In this document: positions 9,187 to 19,331 of the stretch, piece after piece
Position numbering within the stretch: the first letter of the stretch is position 1
Layout: the number at the start of each line of letters is the position of its first letter
Assembly (NCBI GenBank): GCA_020628645.1
Contig: JAHDES010000017.1
Coordinates: 24,570 to 88,569, forward strand
Reading direction: 5' to 3'
DNA from: Saprospiraceae bacterium
Lineage (GTDB): Bacteria > Bacteroidota > Bacteroidia > Chitinophagales > Saprospiraceae
Length of the DNA: 64,000 nucleotides
The notes under the pieces: generated by a model
The model's input: the letters and a program-made list of their open reading frames with translations, nothing else
Told to the model about the DNA's origin: nothing
Database searches by the model: none
Position numbers and translations under genes: made by a program

Positions 9187-11382
9187 ATGAAATTTAAGAC
9201 TTCCATTTTAAGTTGTTTTTGCCTTTTTGTTTTTTTGAATATAAATGCTCAATCTATTTGGAAAGATGTTGTTTCTCCCAATGAGGAAAACATTAAATCT
9301 ACTCGTTTAACTGATTTTAGAGTTTTACAACTGGATAAAAACACCTTAGTTCAACAACTCCAAAAAGCACCCCTTGAATTTACTCAAGAGTCTCAAAAAT
9401 CCTTAGTTGAAATTAGCTTACCGCTTGCCAATGGAGAAAATCAACGATTTAGAATAGTAGAATCCACAATTTTAGAACCAAAATTAGCGGCTCGTTATCC
9501 TCATTTAAAAACCTATACCGCTCAAGGTATTGACGATCCAACTATAATGGGGCGTTTACAATATAATGGAGAAACTTTCGGAGGATATTTATTAACACAA
9601 GATGGGGTTTGTGTGATCGATCCTGTTGAAAAAAAGAATGCTAATACCAATTATTTAAGTTATTATAAACATAAGCGTATTCAAAAGGTCGAATTTTCTT
9701 GTGAACATGAAGGACATGACCATCAATCTTCTGTTTCTTACCTGAAAAATGGTTTTTATGGTGAGGAATTAAGAACATATCGACTAGCTGTTTCTGCTAC
9801 TGCTGAATATACTGCCCATCATGGCGGTACAGTAGAAGATGGTCTTGAAGCTATTATGTTTGCAGTCAATCGTATTAATGCTGTTTATGAACGTGATTTA
9901 GCGATTCGATTCATTTTAGTTAATGACAACGACCAAATTATTTTCACCAATCCATCAACGGATCCATTTAATAATAATAGTGCAGGACAAATGTTGAATG
10001 CCAATCGCAATGTAATTAATAATGCTATTGGTGCTGGAAATTATGATATTGGGCATGTATTTGCAACGGGAGGTTCAGGACTAGCTAGTCTAGCAGTTGT
10101 ATGTAGAGGTGATAAAGCAGAAGGTACAACAGGGATCAACCCTCCTTCAGGTGATGATTTTATCATTGACTATGTAGCGCATGAGATAGGTCATCAATTT
10201 GGTGCAGAACATACCTTTAATAATTGTGGAGGAAATGAAAGTTTTAGTACTGCTTATGAACCGGGGAGTGGTAGTACCATTATGGCTTATGCAGGTTTAT
10301 GTGGTTCTAATAATGTACAAAATGGAAGTGATGATTATTTTCATGGGATTAGTTTACAACAAATTTTAAATTATTCAGATGGTACTGGTGGTAATTGTCC
10401 TTCTATAACACCGACGGGTAATACACCTCCAACTGTAGATGCAGGACAAGGAGGCTTTTTTATACCAATTGAAACGCCTTTTGTCTTAATAGCAGAAGGT
10501 AATGATGCCGATGGAGATGAATTGACCTATTGTTGGGAACAATTTAATAATGGCCCTGTCAGTACACTGGGGGCACCAAGTGGAAGTGCTCCAAGCTTTC
10601 GTTCTTGGAATCCTACTGATAGTCCAGTACGTTATTGTCCTAATTTACAAGCTATTGTAGCGGGCTCCAGTCCTAATAAAGAAGTATTACCCACCTATAG
10701 TCGCCCCTTAACCTTCAATGTGGTGGCTAGAGACAATCGAGCTGGCGGTGGTGGAGTAGCATGGGATGCTATTACATTTCAATCTACTGCAGATGCTGGA
10801 CCATTTGTGGTCACCTCTCAAACTTCTTCATCTGAAACTTGGGAAACAGGAACGGATGTTACCATTACTTGGGATGTCGCTAACACAAATCAACCTCCTG
10901 TCAATTGTATGGCAGTTGATATTTTCTTATCTAAAAATCTTGGATTTAACTTTCCAATTACATTAGGAACTAATTTACCCAATACAGGAAGTGCGGTGAT
11001 AACTGTTCCACAAGACGCTATTACTAATTTTGCACGGGTGATGGTAAAAGCTGCGGATAATATTTTTTTAGATGTAAATCCTGCTAATTTTAAAATCATA
11101 CAAGGGCCACCAACAGCTACAACAGATTTAAAAGCTGAAGGAATCAGCATTCGCCCTAATCCTGTAGATGCATTTTTAAGTATTGAATTAGAGGAAACTG
11201 TAGATGAATATACACCTATTCAAGTATACAATACAGCAGGGCAACTTATGACAGAAAACAAACTCGCTAAGGGGCAAAGAAAAATACAACTTGCAACAGA
11301 TCAATGGATAGATGGTCTTTATTTTGTGCGTCTATGGAAGAAAGAGAAATGGGTAAGTACTAAAATAGTGGTGCAGCATTAA
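9187..11382 (+). CDS. Secreted zinc metalloprotease (metzincin, HExxHxxGxxH) with a T9SS C-terminal sorting domain
   Basis: The start was moved to MKFKTS, which begins a signal peptide. HEIGHQFGAEH zinc-binding motif. The C-terminus ...LYFVRLWKKEKWVSTKIVVQH matches a Por/T9SS sorting domain. Confidence 0.8.
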   Translation: MKFKTSILSCFCLFVFLNINAQSIWKDVVSPNEENIKSTRLTDFRVLQLDKNTLVQQLQKAPLEFTQESQKSLVEISLPLANGENQRFRIVESTILEPKLAARYPHLKTYTAQGIDDPTIMGRLQYNGETFGGYLLTQDGVCVIDPVEKKNANTNYLSYYKHKRIQKVEFSCEHEGHDHQSSVSYLKNGFYGEELRTYRLAVSATAEYTAHHGGTVEDGLEAIMFAVNRINAVYERDLAIRFILVNDNDQIIFTNPSTDPFNNNSAGQMLNANRNVINNAIGAGNYDIGHVFATGGSGLASLAVVCRGDKAEGTTGINPPSGDDFIIDYVAHEIGHQFGAEHTFNNCGGNESFSTAYEPGSGSTIMAYAGLCGSNNVQNGSDDYFHGISLQQILNYSDGTGGNCPSITPTGNTPPTVDAGQGGFFIPIETPFVLIAEGNDADGDELTYCWEQFNNGPVSTLGAPSGSAPSFRSWNPTDSPVRYCPNLQAIVAGSSPNKEVLPTYSRPLTFNVVARDNRAGGGGVAWDAITFQSTADAGPFVVTSQTSSSETWETGTDVTITWDVANTNQPPVNCMAVDIFLSKNLGFNFPITLGTNLPNTGSAVITVPQDAITNFARVMVKAADNIFLDVNPANFKIIQGPPTATTDLKAEGISIRPNPVDAFLSIELEETVDEYTPIQVYNTAGQLMTENKLAKGQRKIQLATDQWIDGLYFVRLWKKEKWVSTKIVVQH

Positions 11383-11481
11383 AATAGAAGGTATCTTTAT
11401 GATCTTGGTGCTTTGAAAAATCCAAGATTGAACTATTCGTAAGACGACTTGTCGTCGGCTCTCGAAAATAATTTAAAAAAG

Positions 11482-12030
11482 ATGAAGAAAAGCGTTCTAC
11501 TTTTTTTAATGCTATTTCATTTAACTACTTATGGTCAAATAGAAAAGACGCTTAGTTTTCAGGCATTATTAGATTCAGCTTCTATTTCAACTGTCAAAAT
11601 TCTGGAAAGTACCTATAAAACCTACAAACCGATCATATCTGAAGAAATACCCTATCGACATGCTATTCGTTCAAAAAAAGAAAATATGGCTATTCGATAC
11701 GATATTATACCTTCCAGCTTAAATAAAATTATTGATGAAGTCCCTCAAGGATTCTCATTTACACGTATTATTAATGCTGCATCTAATGAAGAAGGTGCAG
11801 ATGGTATTAGTGTGCATTCTATCCGCCAATCTGATTTAAAGACCTTTAATGCAGAATGGGGATTAGTGGCGTATTTTAAGCCCAAAGAACATTTGACAAA
11901 TTATAAACACTGCAAATTATTGACCTTGTTTAAAACAGGACACGGCATCGCTTATATTTATTTTTTCTTCGATGATGTGAATAATCCTTATCTAGACATG
12001 CGCCATCATGCAATATGGTTTGAAGAATAA
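11482..12030 (+). CDS. Hypothetical secreted protein
   Basis: The start was moved to MKKSVLLFLMLF, a signal peptide. No recognisable domain. Confidence 0.4.
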   Translation: MKKSVLLFLMLFHLTTYGQIEKTLSFQALLDSASISTVKILESTYKTYKPIISEEIPYRHAIRSKKENMAIRYDIIPSSLNKIIDEVPQGFSFTRIINAASNEEGADGISVHSIRQSDLKTFNAEWGLVAYFKPKEHLTNYKHCKLLTLFKTGHGIAYIYFFFDDVNNPYLDMRHHAIWFEE

Positions 12031-12034
12031 TAAT

Positions 12035-14353
12035 TTAAAATCGAATTCGATAACTTAAATTCGGAATCAATCCTAGTTGATTTTTGACAAGAATGGCATC
12101 TTGTTGTACGTCATAATATTGAAAAGCTATATTTTTTTGATTTGTCGCATTTTGTAAATCAAGTGCCAATTGGCTACTATACTTTTCTTTATTTCGACGA
12201 AGATAAATACGAACATCTATTTTGAAATAATCTTTAAAGGATATAGTATTAGCATTCAGCTCATCAAAAATAGTATATCCAGCATTTTGAGAAGCTACAA
12301 CATTAATGGGGCTAGTTTTAAAACCACCTAAATACGTTCCTCTTACATTAAAGCCCCATGTGCGAGATTTTAAATCTTTTTCCTTTGTCCATTCTTTTCC
12401 AACAATTCCATTAAAGATGTATTTCCCATCAAAACGGGTGGAACGTTCTATACCATCGCCTGCTGTATACAACGAACGATACCACGTGGCATTAGCTAAG
12501 TAATACCAGCCATTTTGAACTGATTGTTGTAAGCTCATTTCTACACCATAGTTTCGTCCTGTACCTTCATTTTCAAGCACCTCCGCAAATAAAAAATTAG
12601 TTTCATTAATAATAGAATAGGAGCGATTGGGCTCGTTAACAATAGGAATATCAAATAGCTGCTGATAAAAACCCTCTATTTGTAAATGCGTACTACGACT
12701 AAATTGATGATGGTATCCCAATACAAGGTGATGCGCTTTGCTAAAATCTAAGTCTTGATTTGCTGATAAGACCGTAATTGCAGTAGATGGCGCTTGTATT
12801 TGCAAACTATACGCCAATGCAATATAATTGGCATTTTGAAGATTGTATTTAACAGAAAAACGGGGCTCAGGATAAGCTGTAGAACTTAAGCTAGAGCTAG
12901 AGTATTGTAACCCAACATTGCTCGTAAATCGAGTATTGGGTGTCCATTGCCAATTGATATAAGGTTGAAAAAGTGTACCAGATTGATCTCCTTCTACTTG
13001 ATAAAATGCTAATAAATTGGTGCTTGAGCGATAATCATTTGTGCTTAAAATATGTGCTCCTATTCTAAGACGATTTTTCGTATTCAATTTATGTTGAATA
13101 AATGGATGAATACTGATTTTTTGAGTTCTTATACTATCAAATTCAAATCTTTCTACCAACGAAAGATCATCATTTAAGTAATCACTTTGCCTAGTTGTAT
13201 TCAAGGCTGAAAAAATAGCAGTTGCTTCAAAACGCGTTCGATCTCCTAAAGAGTATTTAACATTCGCACCCAAAGCACCCATTTTATTTTGATAGACGAT
13301 ATCTTGTCGGTCTTTTTGTTGTATCCAATTTTCTGTGCTACGATCTGCTTCAAAAATATTACTACTTAATCCTCCCATGCCAAAGAAACGAAGTTCTCCC
13401 TTTTTGATTGGAGTAGCAATATGGAAAGCAGCATCTTGATATGTGATCGCTTCATCACCCAATTCTACGCCCATCGCATCCAATACACCTATCGTAGCAT
13501 AACGATAATTGAATAGATAAGAAGATTGATCTTTTTTAATAGGGCCTTCCGTGGATAAATCAATCCCTATTAATCCTGCCTGAAGCGTAAACTCTTGTTG
13601 ATGTGGATTTCCTTTTCGTAAACGAAAATCCATTGCCCCAGAAAGCGCATTACTGTAACCTATTGGTAATGCTCCTGATAAAAAAGTGGCATTATCCATC
13701 AGTTGTGCACTAAGAATGGTTACGCCGCCACTATTGGCTGTTGCTCGATCATTGAATGTTCCTGCATTGGACGTATGATTAGGGTTGACAATCTCTGCAT
13801 GCTCCAATCGCCAAGTCATATTGTTGGGAGAATTTCCACGTATTGCAATACCATTTGCTTGATCGTTTTCACTAACGACTCCTGCTTGTGTGGTTGCTAG
13901 GCGCATAGGATCATCAAAGGTGGCTGGAAATCGAAGTACTTGTTCAAGCGAAAACGTTTTTACACTCAAGGGTGCAGCTTGACGTGTGATAGGAGGGGCA
14001 GTAGCTGTGACAAGGGTTGTACTTATGTCTGTAGGAAGCGCACGAAGGGCTATTGTTAAAATCGTTTCTTTACCTGATTCGATGCTTACTTCGGTTAGTT
14101 CAAGCGTTTCATAACCAACATAGCTTAATTGCATTTGATAGCGTCCAACAGGAATATCTTTCAAAATAAAATCTCCATTCGTCCCTGTTGCTGTACCAAT
14201 ATTAGGTGCTGTATTTAATAAAACAACCGTTACTCCAACTAATGGTGCTTGGGTATCGGCATCAACTACTTTTCCTCGAAGATTTTGAGTTTGTGCAAGA
14301 GAAATAGTATTATTTCCTATAATGAACAAAAATAATAGTACAATTATCCGCAT
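12035..14353 (-). CDS. TonB-dependent outer-membrane receptor with an N-terminal carboxypeptidase-regulatory-like domain
   Basis: Signal peptide. CarbopepD_reg-like N-terminus (GKVVDADTQAPLVGVTVVLL...GDFILKDIPVGRY), a plug-like region, a long beta-rich body, and a terminal ...SYRIRF aromatic residue. Confidence 0.75.
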   Translation of the reverse strand: MRIIVLLFLFIIGNNTISLAQTQNLRGKVVDADTQAPLVGVTVVLLNTAPNIGTATGTNGDFILKDIPVGRYQMQLSYVGYETLELTEVSIESGKETILTIALRALPTDISTTLVTATAPPITRQAAPLSVKTFSLEQVLRFPATFDDPMRLATTQAGVVSENDQANGIAIRGNSPNNMTWRLEHAEIVNPNHTSNAGTFNDRATANSGGVTILSAQLMDNATFLSGALPIGYSNALSGAMDFRLRKGNPHQQEFTLQAGLIGIDLSTEGPIKKDQSSYLFNYRYATIGVLDAMGVELGDEAITYQDAAFHIATPIKKGELRFFGMGGLSSNIFEADRSTENWIQQKDRQDIVYQNKMGALGANVKYSLGDRTRFEATAIFSALNTTRQSDYLNDDLSLVERFEFDSIRTQKISIHPFIQHKLNTKNRLRIGAHILSTNDYRSSTNLLAFYQVEGDQSGTLFQPYINWQWTPNTRFTSNVGLQYSSSSLSSTAYPEPRFSVKYNLQNANYIALAYSLQIQAPSTAITVLSANQDLDFSKAHHLVLGYHHQFSRSTHLQIEGFYQQLFDIPIVNEPNRSYSIINETNFLFAEVLENEGTGRNYGVEMSLQQSVQNGWYYLANATWYRSLYTAGDGIERSTRFDGKYIFNGIVGKEWTKEKDLKSRTWGFNVRGTYLGGFKTSPINVVASQNAGYTIFDELNANTISFKDYFKIDVRIYLRRNKEKYSSQLALDLQNATNQKNIAFQYYDVQQDAILVKNQLGLIPNLSYRIRF

Positions 14354-14524
14354 ATCAAATCATTTTTGCAAAGGTCTTTAATTCTAGACTTGCAAAAAAT
14401 TCTATTTCCTCTTTTTTTGTCAAATTCTTATTTAAAGAGGTGTTTTTTTAGAAAGAATAGTGTTAAAACGAGGCATTTTTCAGAAAGAAGACTTATATTT
14501 AGAATTATAAAAATATGTTTAGAT

Positions 14525-15319
14525 ATGAAGATTTTCCTACCTCTTTTAGTTTTTCTTAGTTTTTTTATTGCTAATTTATTTAGTCAATCGAAGGCGTCCT
14601 ATAGTATAGAACTTGGCTATTTTCAATCTGGTCAATTTGATTTGAATACAATTGCTGAAGAAAATTTATTAGGAAGTACATTTATTTCAAAACAAAATCC
14701 AGCTGGACAATTACTATTCAAAAGAAATGATTTTATATCTAAAAAAGTGGGTTGGTATGCTGGTGTAGGTTATGTTGTAGGCGGAATTCGCTATGAATTT
14801 ATACCTACAGTTGAATATAATGAAGCGATAGGAAGTAATCGTCCATCATCGGTGTATTCTCCGTATTATATTGCTTCTCATATCTATGATTTTGTAGGTC
14901 TTTCAGTAGGAGTAAATTATTATCCAATCTATTCGGAACGATCACAGTTATTTATAAGTCTTGGTCCAAGATATGCTTATACGATTCCAAGTTTAGGGAG
15001 TTCTCGCGCTACCTCTTCAAGAGGTGGAGAAAGAGTCATTTTTACAAGTACTCAATTGATGATAAATCAACAAGAAGATATTCAGTTTTTGTTGGAAGGA
15101 AGTCTTAATTACTGTTATAAATTTAAAAAATCAAGAGTCGGCATTTTCGCTAGTATTAATGGTGTTTACCAGCTTTCTAAACCTGTACTAAAAGGTGAAT
15201 TTAGTTTTATTGGAGATACAAATGATGCTTTTTACCAAGCAAATTTCAATGAAAAATCATCTTTAGTAGGGGCATCAATAGGGGTAGTGTTTTTCTCAAA
15301 AGAAAAGAAAAAAGAGTAA
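14525..15319 (+). CDS. Hypothetical outer-membrane (beta-barrel-like) protein
   Basis: The start was moved to MKIFLPLLVFLSFF, a signal peptide; the longer ORF from 14366 lacks one. The body shows alternating hydrophobic residues and is Gly/Tyr rich. Confidence 0.4.
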   Translation: MKIFLPLLVFLSFFIANLFSQSKASYSIELGYFQSGQFDLNTIAEENLLGSTFISKQNPAGQLLFKRNDFISKKVGWYAGVGYVVGGIRYEFIPTVEYNEAIGSNRPSSVYSPYYIASHIYDFVGLSVGVNYYPIYSERSQLFISLGPRYAYTIPSLGSSRATSSRGGERVIFTSTQLMINQQEDIQFLLEGSLNYCYKFKKSRVGIFASINGVYQLSKPVLKGEFSFIGDTNDAFYQANFNEKSSLVGASIGVVFFSKEKKKE

Positions 15320-15326
15320 GTTAAAT

Positions 15327-16565
15327 CTATTCATATCGTAAGGACTCGATAGGATCAAGTTGGGCTGCTTTTAAAGCAGGGTATAAGCCAGATACTAGTC
15401 CTACAAAAAAACAAACACTAAACCCAAGAAAGATCCATGCCCAGGGAATTACAAAACTCCCGCCCAGAAAAAGCGATAAGGCAAACCCAATTAATACACC
15501 CAAGATAATTCCAACTATTCCACCTAACTGACAAATAACGATTGCTTCTGTAAGAAACTGTACTAAAATATTGCGTTTCGTTGCACCTAATGCTTTTACT
15601 ATGCCAATTTCTCGAGTCCGCTCTGTAACGGAAACCAGCATAATGTTCATCAAACCAATAGCTGCACCAAGGAGGGTCATCAAACCAATAGCTATCGTTC
15701 CTAAACGAAGTTCAAGGGTGTTTTCTTTGAGAATATCAATTAGTCCATCACTTTTACGAATTTCAAAATCATTTTTCTGGCTCGTTTTCAAACGGCGAAC
15801 ATTACGAAATAGACCCGTAGCTACTCCTACCGCTTGCTCCATATCTTCTGCATTGCGCACCCCTACATTGACTCGATAGCTTGTATTTGCCGTTCCATAA
15901 TATCGTTTGGCATCAAGCAAAGGAATATACACTCGATTGTCTTGGCTCATCCCCATAGTAGAACCTTTTTCGGCTAAGACACCAATAATTTTGTATTTCA
16001 AATTTCCAACGGTGAGAATTTCACCAAGGGCTTTTTCTGGTTTTTTATTAAATAATTTATTGACGACATCTTTTCCAATAATGGCTTTTCGTGCGCCATT
16101 TTCTGCTTCTAAACGAGTGAAGTTTCTCCCCAAACTTAATTCATAACCATTGACATCCATATTATTTTCATCCCAACCTTCTACTCGAACATTGGGATTG
16201 GTTTTTTCATCGGCATATTTTAATGTAGCATTATTGGTACAATACATGCTCACGGCTACTTTTGCAGGAAAATTATAGCGTTCTTTGAAATTTAAGGCTT
16301 CATCAAAACTTATGGGTTCTCCTCGAACAGAACGACCATTTCGATTTCCTCTTGGGCCATCTTCACGTGCAGGTCGAATATTAAAAGAATTAGCCCCCAT
16401 ACGAGAAAAATTATCACTCATAGAATAAATGATACTATCAATGGCAGTTAAAATCCCAACCAATGCCATAATACCAAATGCGATGATGAGTAACGTTAGT
16501 ACTGATCGTAGTAAGTTGGATCGTACATTTGATAAGGCTTGTCGTATGGTTTCTTGTAATCCCAT
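15327..16565 (-). CDS. ABC transporter permease, FtsX/MacB family
   Basis: N-terminal TM segment, large periplasmic domain, and a C-terminal four-TM FtsX domain (TERTREIGIVKALGA...). Confidence 0.85.
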   Translation of the reverse strand: MGLQETIRQALSNVRSNLLRSVLTLLIIAFGIMALVGILTAIDSIIYSMSDNFSRMGANSFNIRPAREDGPRGNRNGRSVRGEPISFDEALNFKERYNFPAKVAVSMYCTNNATLKYADEKTNPNVRVEGWDENNMDVNGYELSLGRNFTRLEAENGARKAIIGKDVVNKLFNKKPEKALGEILTVGNLKYKIIGVLAEKGSTMGMSQDNRVYIPLLDAKRYYGTANTSYRVNVGVRNAEDMEQAVGVATGLFRNVRRLKTSQKNDFEIRKSDGLIDILKENTLELRLGTIAIGLMTLLGAAIGLMNIMLVSVTERTREIGIVKALGATKRNILVQFLTEAIVICQLGGIVGIILGVLIGFALSLFLGGSFVIPWAWIFLGFSVCFFVGLVSGLYPALKAAQLDPIESLRYE

Positions 16566-16740
16566 GAGAATGAAATATTGATAATAGAAGAAAACAGATT
16601 AAAAGTACAAAAAGCGATTCTTCTAAATAGAATAAATCGAAATAAGCAATGATTCTTTCGATGAAACGAGCTTTAACTTAATTTAATAGACTTAATCCAA
16701 TGCTTTTTTTACTTTTGTAAGAGTTACTAAAAAGATGCAT

Positions 16741-16908
16741 ATGGCCTATCAAAGTAGAAAAAGAAATTATGTAAGTCGTCGAGAAAAAATGGCGCAACAT
16801 GGACGAAATATTCGATTGTTTTTGATTTTTTTGGTGGTAGGACTAGTTGTTTTAGTTTATAAAAATCGACACGATCTTTGGTTTCATATCCAAAATTGGT
16901 TTCGATAA
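16741..16908 (+). CDS. Possible small membrane protein (55 aa). It is not in the supplied ORF track.
   Basis: MAYQSRKRNYVSRREKMAQHGRNIRLFLIFLVVGLVVLVYKNRHDLWFHIQNWFR: a basic N-terminus and one TM helix, lying in an otherwise empty 450-bp gap. Confidence 0.2.
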   Translation: MAYQSRKRNYVSRREKMAQHGRNIRLFLIFLVVGLVVLVYKNRHDLWFHIQNWFR

Positions 16909-17014
16909 GCCCCCTTCTTGTCTACTAATTAGCATACCGATTCTTTTCTTGTATCCTATCTCATAATTACCGTTATATTCGTGTACTAATTAAAAACATG
17001 ATAATTCATAAACT

Positions 17015-18232
17015 ATGGTAAAAAGATTTACGCTTTTCATTTTTCTTTTTTTATCGGTAACTATTTTATGGGCACAAGAGAATTGGGAACAAGTCAGTTC
17101 ACTTCCTGAAGAGTTTCATACCCATCATTCTTTCGCATTTGCACTTGATGGAAAAGGTTATATTACTACAGGAAGTACGGACTTTGGATTAACAAACGAT
17201 TTTTACCAATATGACTCCAATACTGATGAGTGGACAAAACTAGATGATTTTCCTGGTGGTAGTCGTTCATTTGCTATTGGAGATACTTATAATGGTAAAG
17301 CTTACTTTGGTTTTGGAGTTGGAACTTTTGTTCGATATAATGATTTATGGGTTTTTGATCCTGCTACAATGGAATGGGAAGAACTTGCCAGTTGCCCTTG
17401 TGATAGACGTACACATCCTGCTTTTGTAGCGCATCAAGGTAAAGTTTATGTAGGCTTAGGTGGTGGAAGTAGCCAAAATTTAAAAGATTGGTGGCAATAT
17501 GATATTGCAACAGATACTTGGGAAGAAAAAGCTGAATTTCCATCTTCTCGTCGCCATCACCCTTATCAGTTTGCTCTTGGTGATTATGTATACGTTGGTT
17601 TTGGTCATGGAGCAAGTATTTATAATGAATGGTATCGCTATGACCCTTCTACAGATACGTGGACTGAAGTGGCTGAATTGCCTGCTGAAGGGCGAGTAGC
17701 TGGTACGCAGTTTTCTCATGGCGGAAAGGGATATGCTTTGAGTGGTGATGGAAGCGATCATTATGTCATGGATGATGGAGAATTTTGGGAATATGACCCC
17801 GAAAATGATGCTTGGACACAACTACCGTCACATCCCGGATTATCGCGTTGGGCTCCTTCTTCTTTTGTATTAAATAATCAAGTCTATTTAATTAATGGGC
17901 AAACGGCACCTAATGGTGGTGGTTATGAATATATTTCAACGATTTACAGATATACCTTAGATGAACCTTTGTCTAGTACAACGCTTGAAAATAATATTGC
18001 TGTAGATGTTTTTCCAAATCCCTTTGAAGCAAGCCTTCAATTAAATGTGGACTTTTCCACTTTAGAAGGAGATGATTTTGAAACAAAATTGTATACCATC
18101 AATGGACAAGTTGTTTATCAAGCTAAAGGAATTGTCAATGAAATTCATGTACCTAAACTGACTTCTGGAATGTATTGGGTAGAAATTATTAGTAAAGAAC
18201 AACAATTTAGAACTTTAGTGATAAAAAAATAA
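17015..18232 (+). CDS. Kelch-repeat (galactose-oxidase-like beta-propeller) protein with a T9SS C-terminal sorting domain
   Basis: Signal peptide. Repeated G-x-YxxGG / W-Y-D Kelch motifs. The C-terminus ...SGMYWVEIISKEQQFRTLVIKK resembles a T9SS sorting domain. Confidence 0.7.
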   Translation: MVKRFTLFIFLFLSVTILWAQENWEQVSSLPEEFHTHHSFAFALDGKGYITTGSTDFGLTNDFYQYDSNTDEWTKLDDFPGGSRSFAIGDTYNGKAYFGFGVGTFVRYNDLWVFDPATMEWEELASCPCDRRTHPAFVAHQGKVYVGLGGGSSQNLKDWWQYDIATDTWEEKAEFPSSRRHHPYQFALGDYVYVGFGHGASIYNEWYRYDPSTDTWTEVAELPAEGRVAGTQFSHGGKGYALSGDGSDHYVMDDGEFWEYDPENDAWTQLPSHPGLSRWAPSSFVLNNQVYLINGQTAPNGGGYEYISTIYRYTLDEPLSSTTLENNIAVDVFPNPFEASLQLNVDFSTLEGDDFETKLYTINGQVVYQAKGIVNEIHVPKLTSGMYWVEIISKEQQFRTLVIKK

Positions 18233-18251
18233 AATAATCACTCACTCAACT

Positions 18252-18294
18252 AAAAAAGCCAGCATAGATGATTCAAAATCTAGCTGGCTTTTTT
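18252..18294. terminator. Bidirectional Rho-independent terminator between convergent genes
   Basis: AAAAAAGCCAGC...GCTGGCTTTTTT forms a 12-bp stem with an inner TAGAT/ATCTA stem. It is flanked by A and T runs on both sides. Confidence 0.6.
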
Positions 18295-18309
18295 CATTGG
18301 ATTAGTTGA

Positions 18310-18741
18310 CTATTGTCGTCGTCTGGGACGATTTTTAATTTCTGTTAATAATTGTTGTTTAAAATTGCGTTCTACCTGTCGTAATTTTACAATTTTTCTC
18401 AAGGGAACTACATTTTTCAATCGATCAACATAATTTCTTTTCAACAATAATTCTTTTTCCTCCAACTCAAAAGATGCTTCGATTATTTCAGCAGCTTCTT
18501 CTTCAGTAACTGCTTCCATATTTTTTGTTGGACGATATTGTTGACGTAATTTTTTTTGCTCTGCTTGATATTCATTATACACTGGCCAGAAGTTTTGCGA
18601 TTCTTCAGGCGTAAGCTGAAGTTGGTCAGTAATAAATGCTACGCGCATAGCTTTGATGCGCTCTTCTCTGTCTTGTGGCTGAGCATAACTAATAGTAGCG
18701 AATAAGGCTAATAGTAGGGTACTTAAAACTAGTTTTTTCAT
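18310..18741 (-). CDS. Periplasmic LTXXQ-motif (Spy/CpxP-like) protein
   Basis: Signal peptide and an LTPEESQNFWPVYNEYQAEQKKLRQ motif. It is the last gene of the ECF sigma operon. Confidence 0.5.
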   Translation of the reverse strand: MKKLVLSTLLLALFATISYAQPQDREERIKAMRVAFITDQLQLTPEESQNFWPVYNEYQAEQKKLRQQYRPTKNMEAVTEEEAAEIIEASFELEEKELLLKRNYVDRLKNVVPLRKIVKLRQVERNFKQQLLTEIKNRPRRRQ

Positions 18742-18770
18742 TTCTTTTATAGTGGTTGATTTTTTGATCG

Positions 18771-19319
18771 TTATAATAATTCTTCTAAGGTTTCTAGGTC
18801 AGTATCTTCTAAAAGTTCATCTAAATATTCATCCAAATCTGCATCTTCAGAATTCTGAAAAAGTCCATCCAAAGTCACATTTTCGTCTAATATTTCATAT
18901 AAATCGCTTTCTTCTATATCATCTATATTAGCATCAACATACATTTGGATGTCCTCTAATGCTAGTTCTTGAATTTCTATTTCTGATCCATCTGCCATTT
19001 GATCGCTATTTTCACTTGTATTCGTCTGTAACCAAAAAAAGGCAGCTATTAATACCACAACAGATGCTAAAGCAAGTGCATAAGATGGCTGAAATAAAGA
19101 TTGAATAAAAACAATTATCTGATCTGGCCAAGAAGCCGAATGGGTAGTCGCCGTATTAACTTCTTTTTGTGGTGGGGTAATCTTATTCCACACCTCGTCT
19201 TCCAAATTATCAAAATAATTGACAGGTACATCTTCCCATTGTTTTTCTTCCTTTTTTAAGGAAGCTAACAAAGGAGAAAGTTCTTCTAATTCTTCTTGTA
19301 TGGCTTTTTTATTTTCCAT
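18771..19319 (-). CDS. Putative anti-sigma factor (single-pass membrane protein)
   Basis: Sits immediately downstream of the ECF sigma gene. Cytoplasmic N-terminus, one TM helix (YALALASVVVLIAAFFWL), acidic C-terminal domain. Confidence 0.45.
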   Translation of the reverse strand: MENKKAIQEELEELSPLLASLKKEEKQWEDVPVNYFDNLEDEVWNKITPPQKEVNTATTHSASWPDQIIVFIQSLFQPSYALALASVVVLIAAFFWLQTNTSENSDQMADGSEIEIQELALEDIQMYVDANIDDIEESDLYEILDENVTLDGLFQNSEDADLDEYLDELLEDTDLETLEELL

Positions 19320-19331
19320 AATGTTAAATTT

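Noticed and set aside
11400-11430. Weak hairpin (ATCTTGG...CCAAGAT) after the metalloprotease gene, as a possible terminator.
   Set aside because: The stem is only 7 bp and the loop 13 nt, with no clear U-run. The signal is too weak to annotate.
14366-14524. 5' extension of the 14366-15319 ORF, and similar N-terminal extensions of hemA (8863-8928), fumC (42068-42151), the metalloprotease (9151-9186) and the TIKI-like gene (40784-40816).
   Set aside because: The extensions lack signal peptides or conserved N-terminal sequence. Internal Met codons start the recognisable signal peptide or conserved N-terminus, so the starts were moved.
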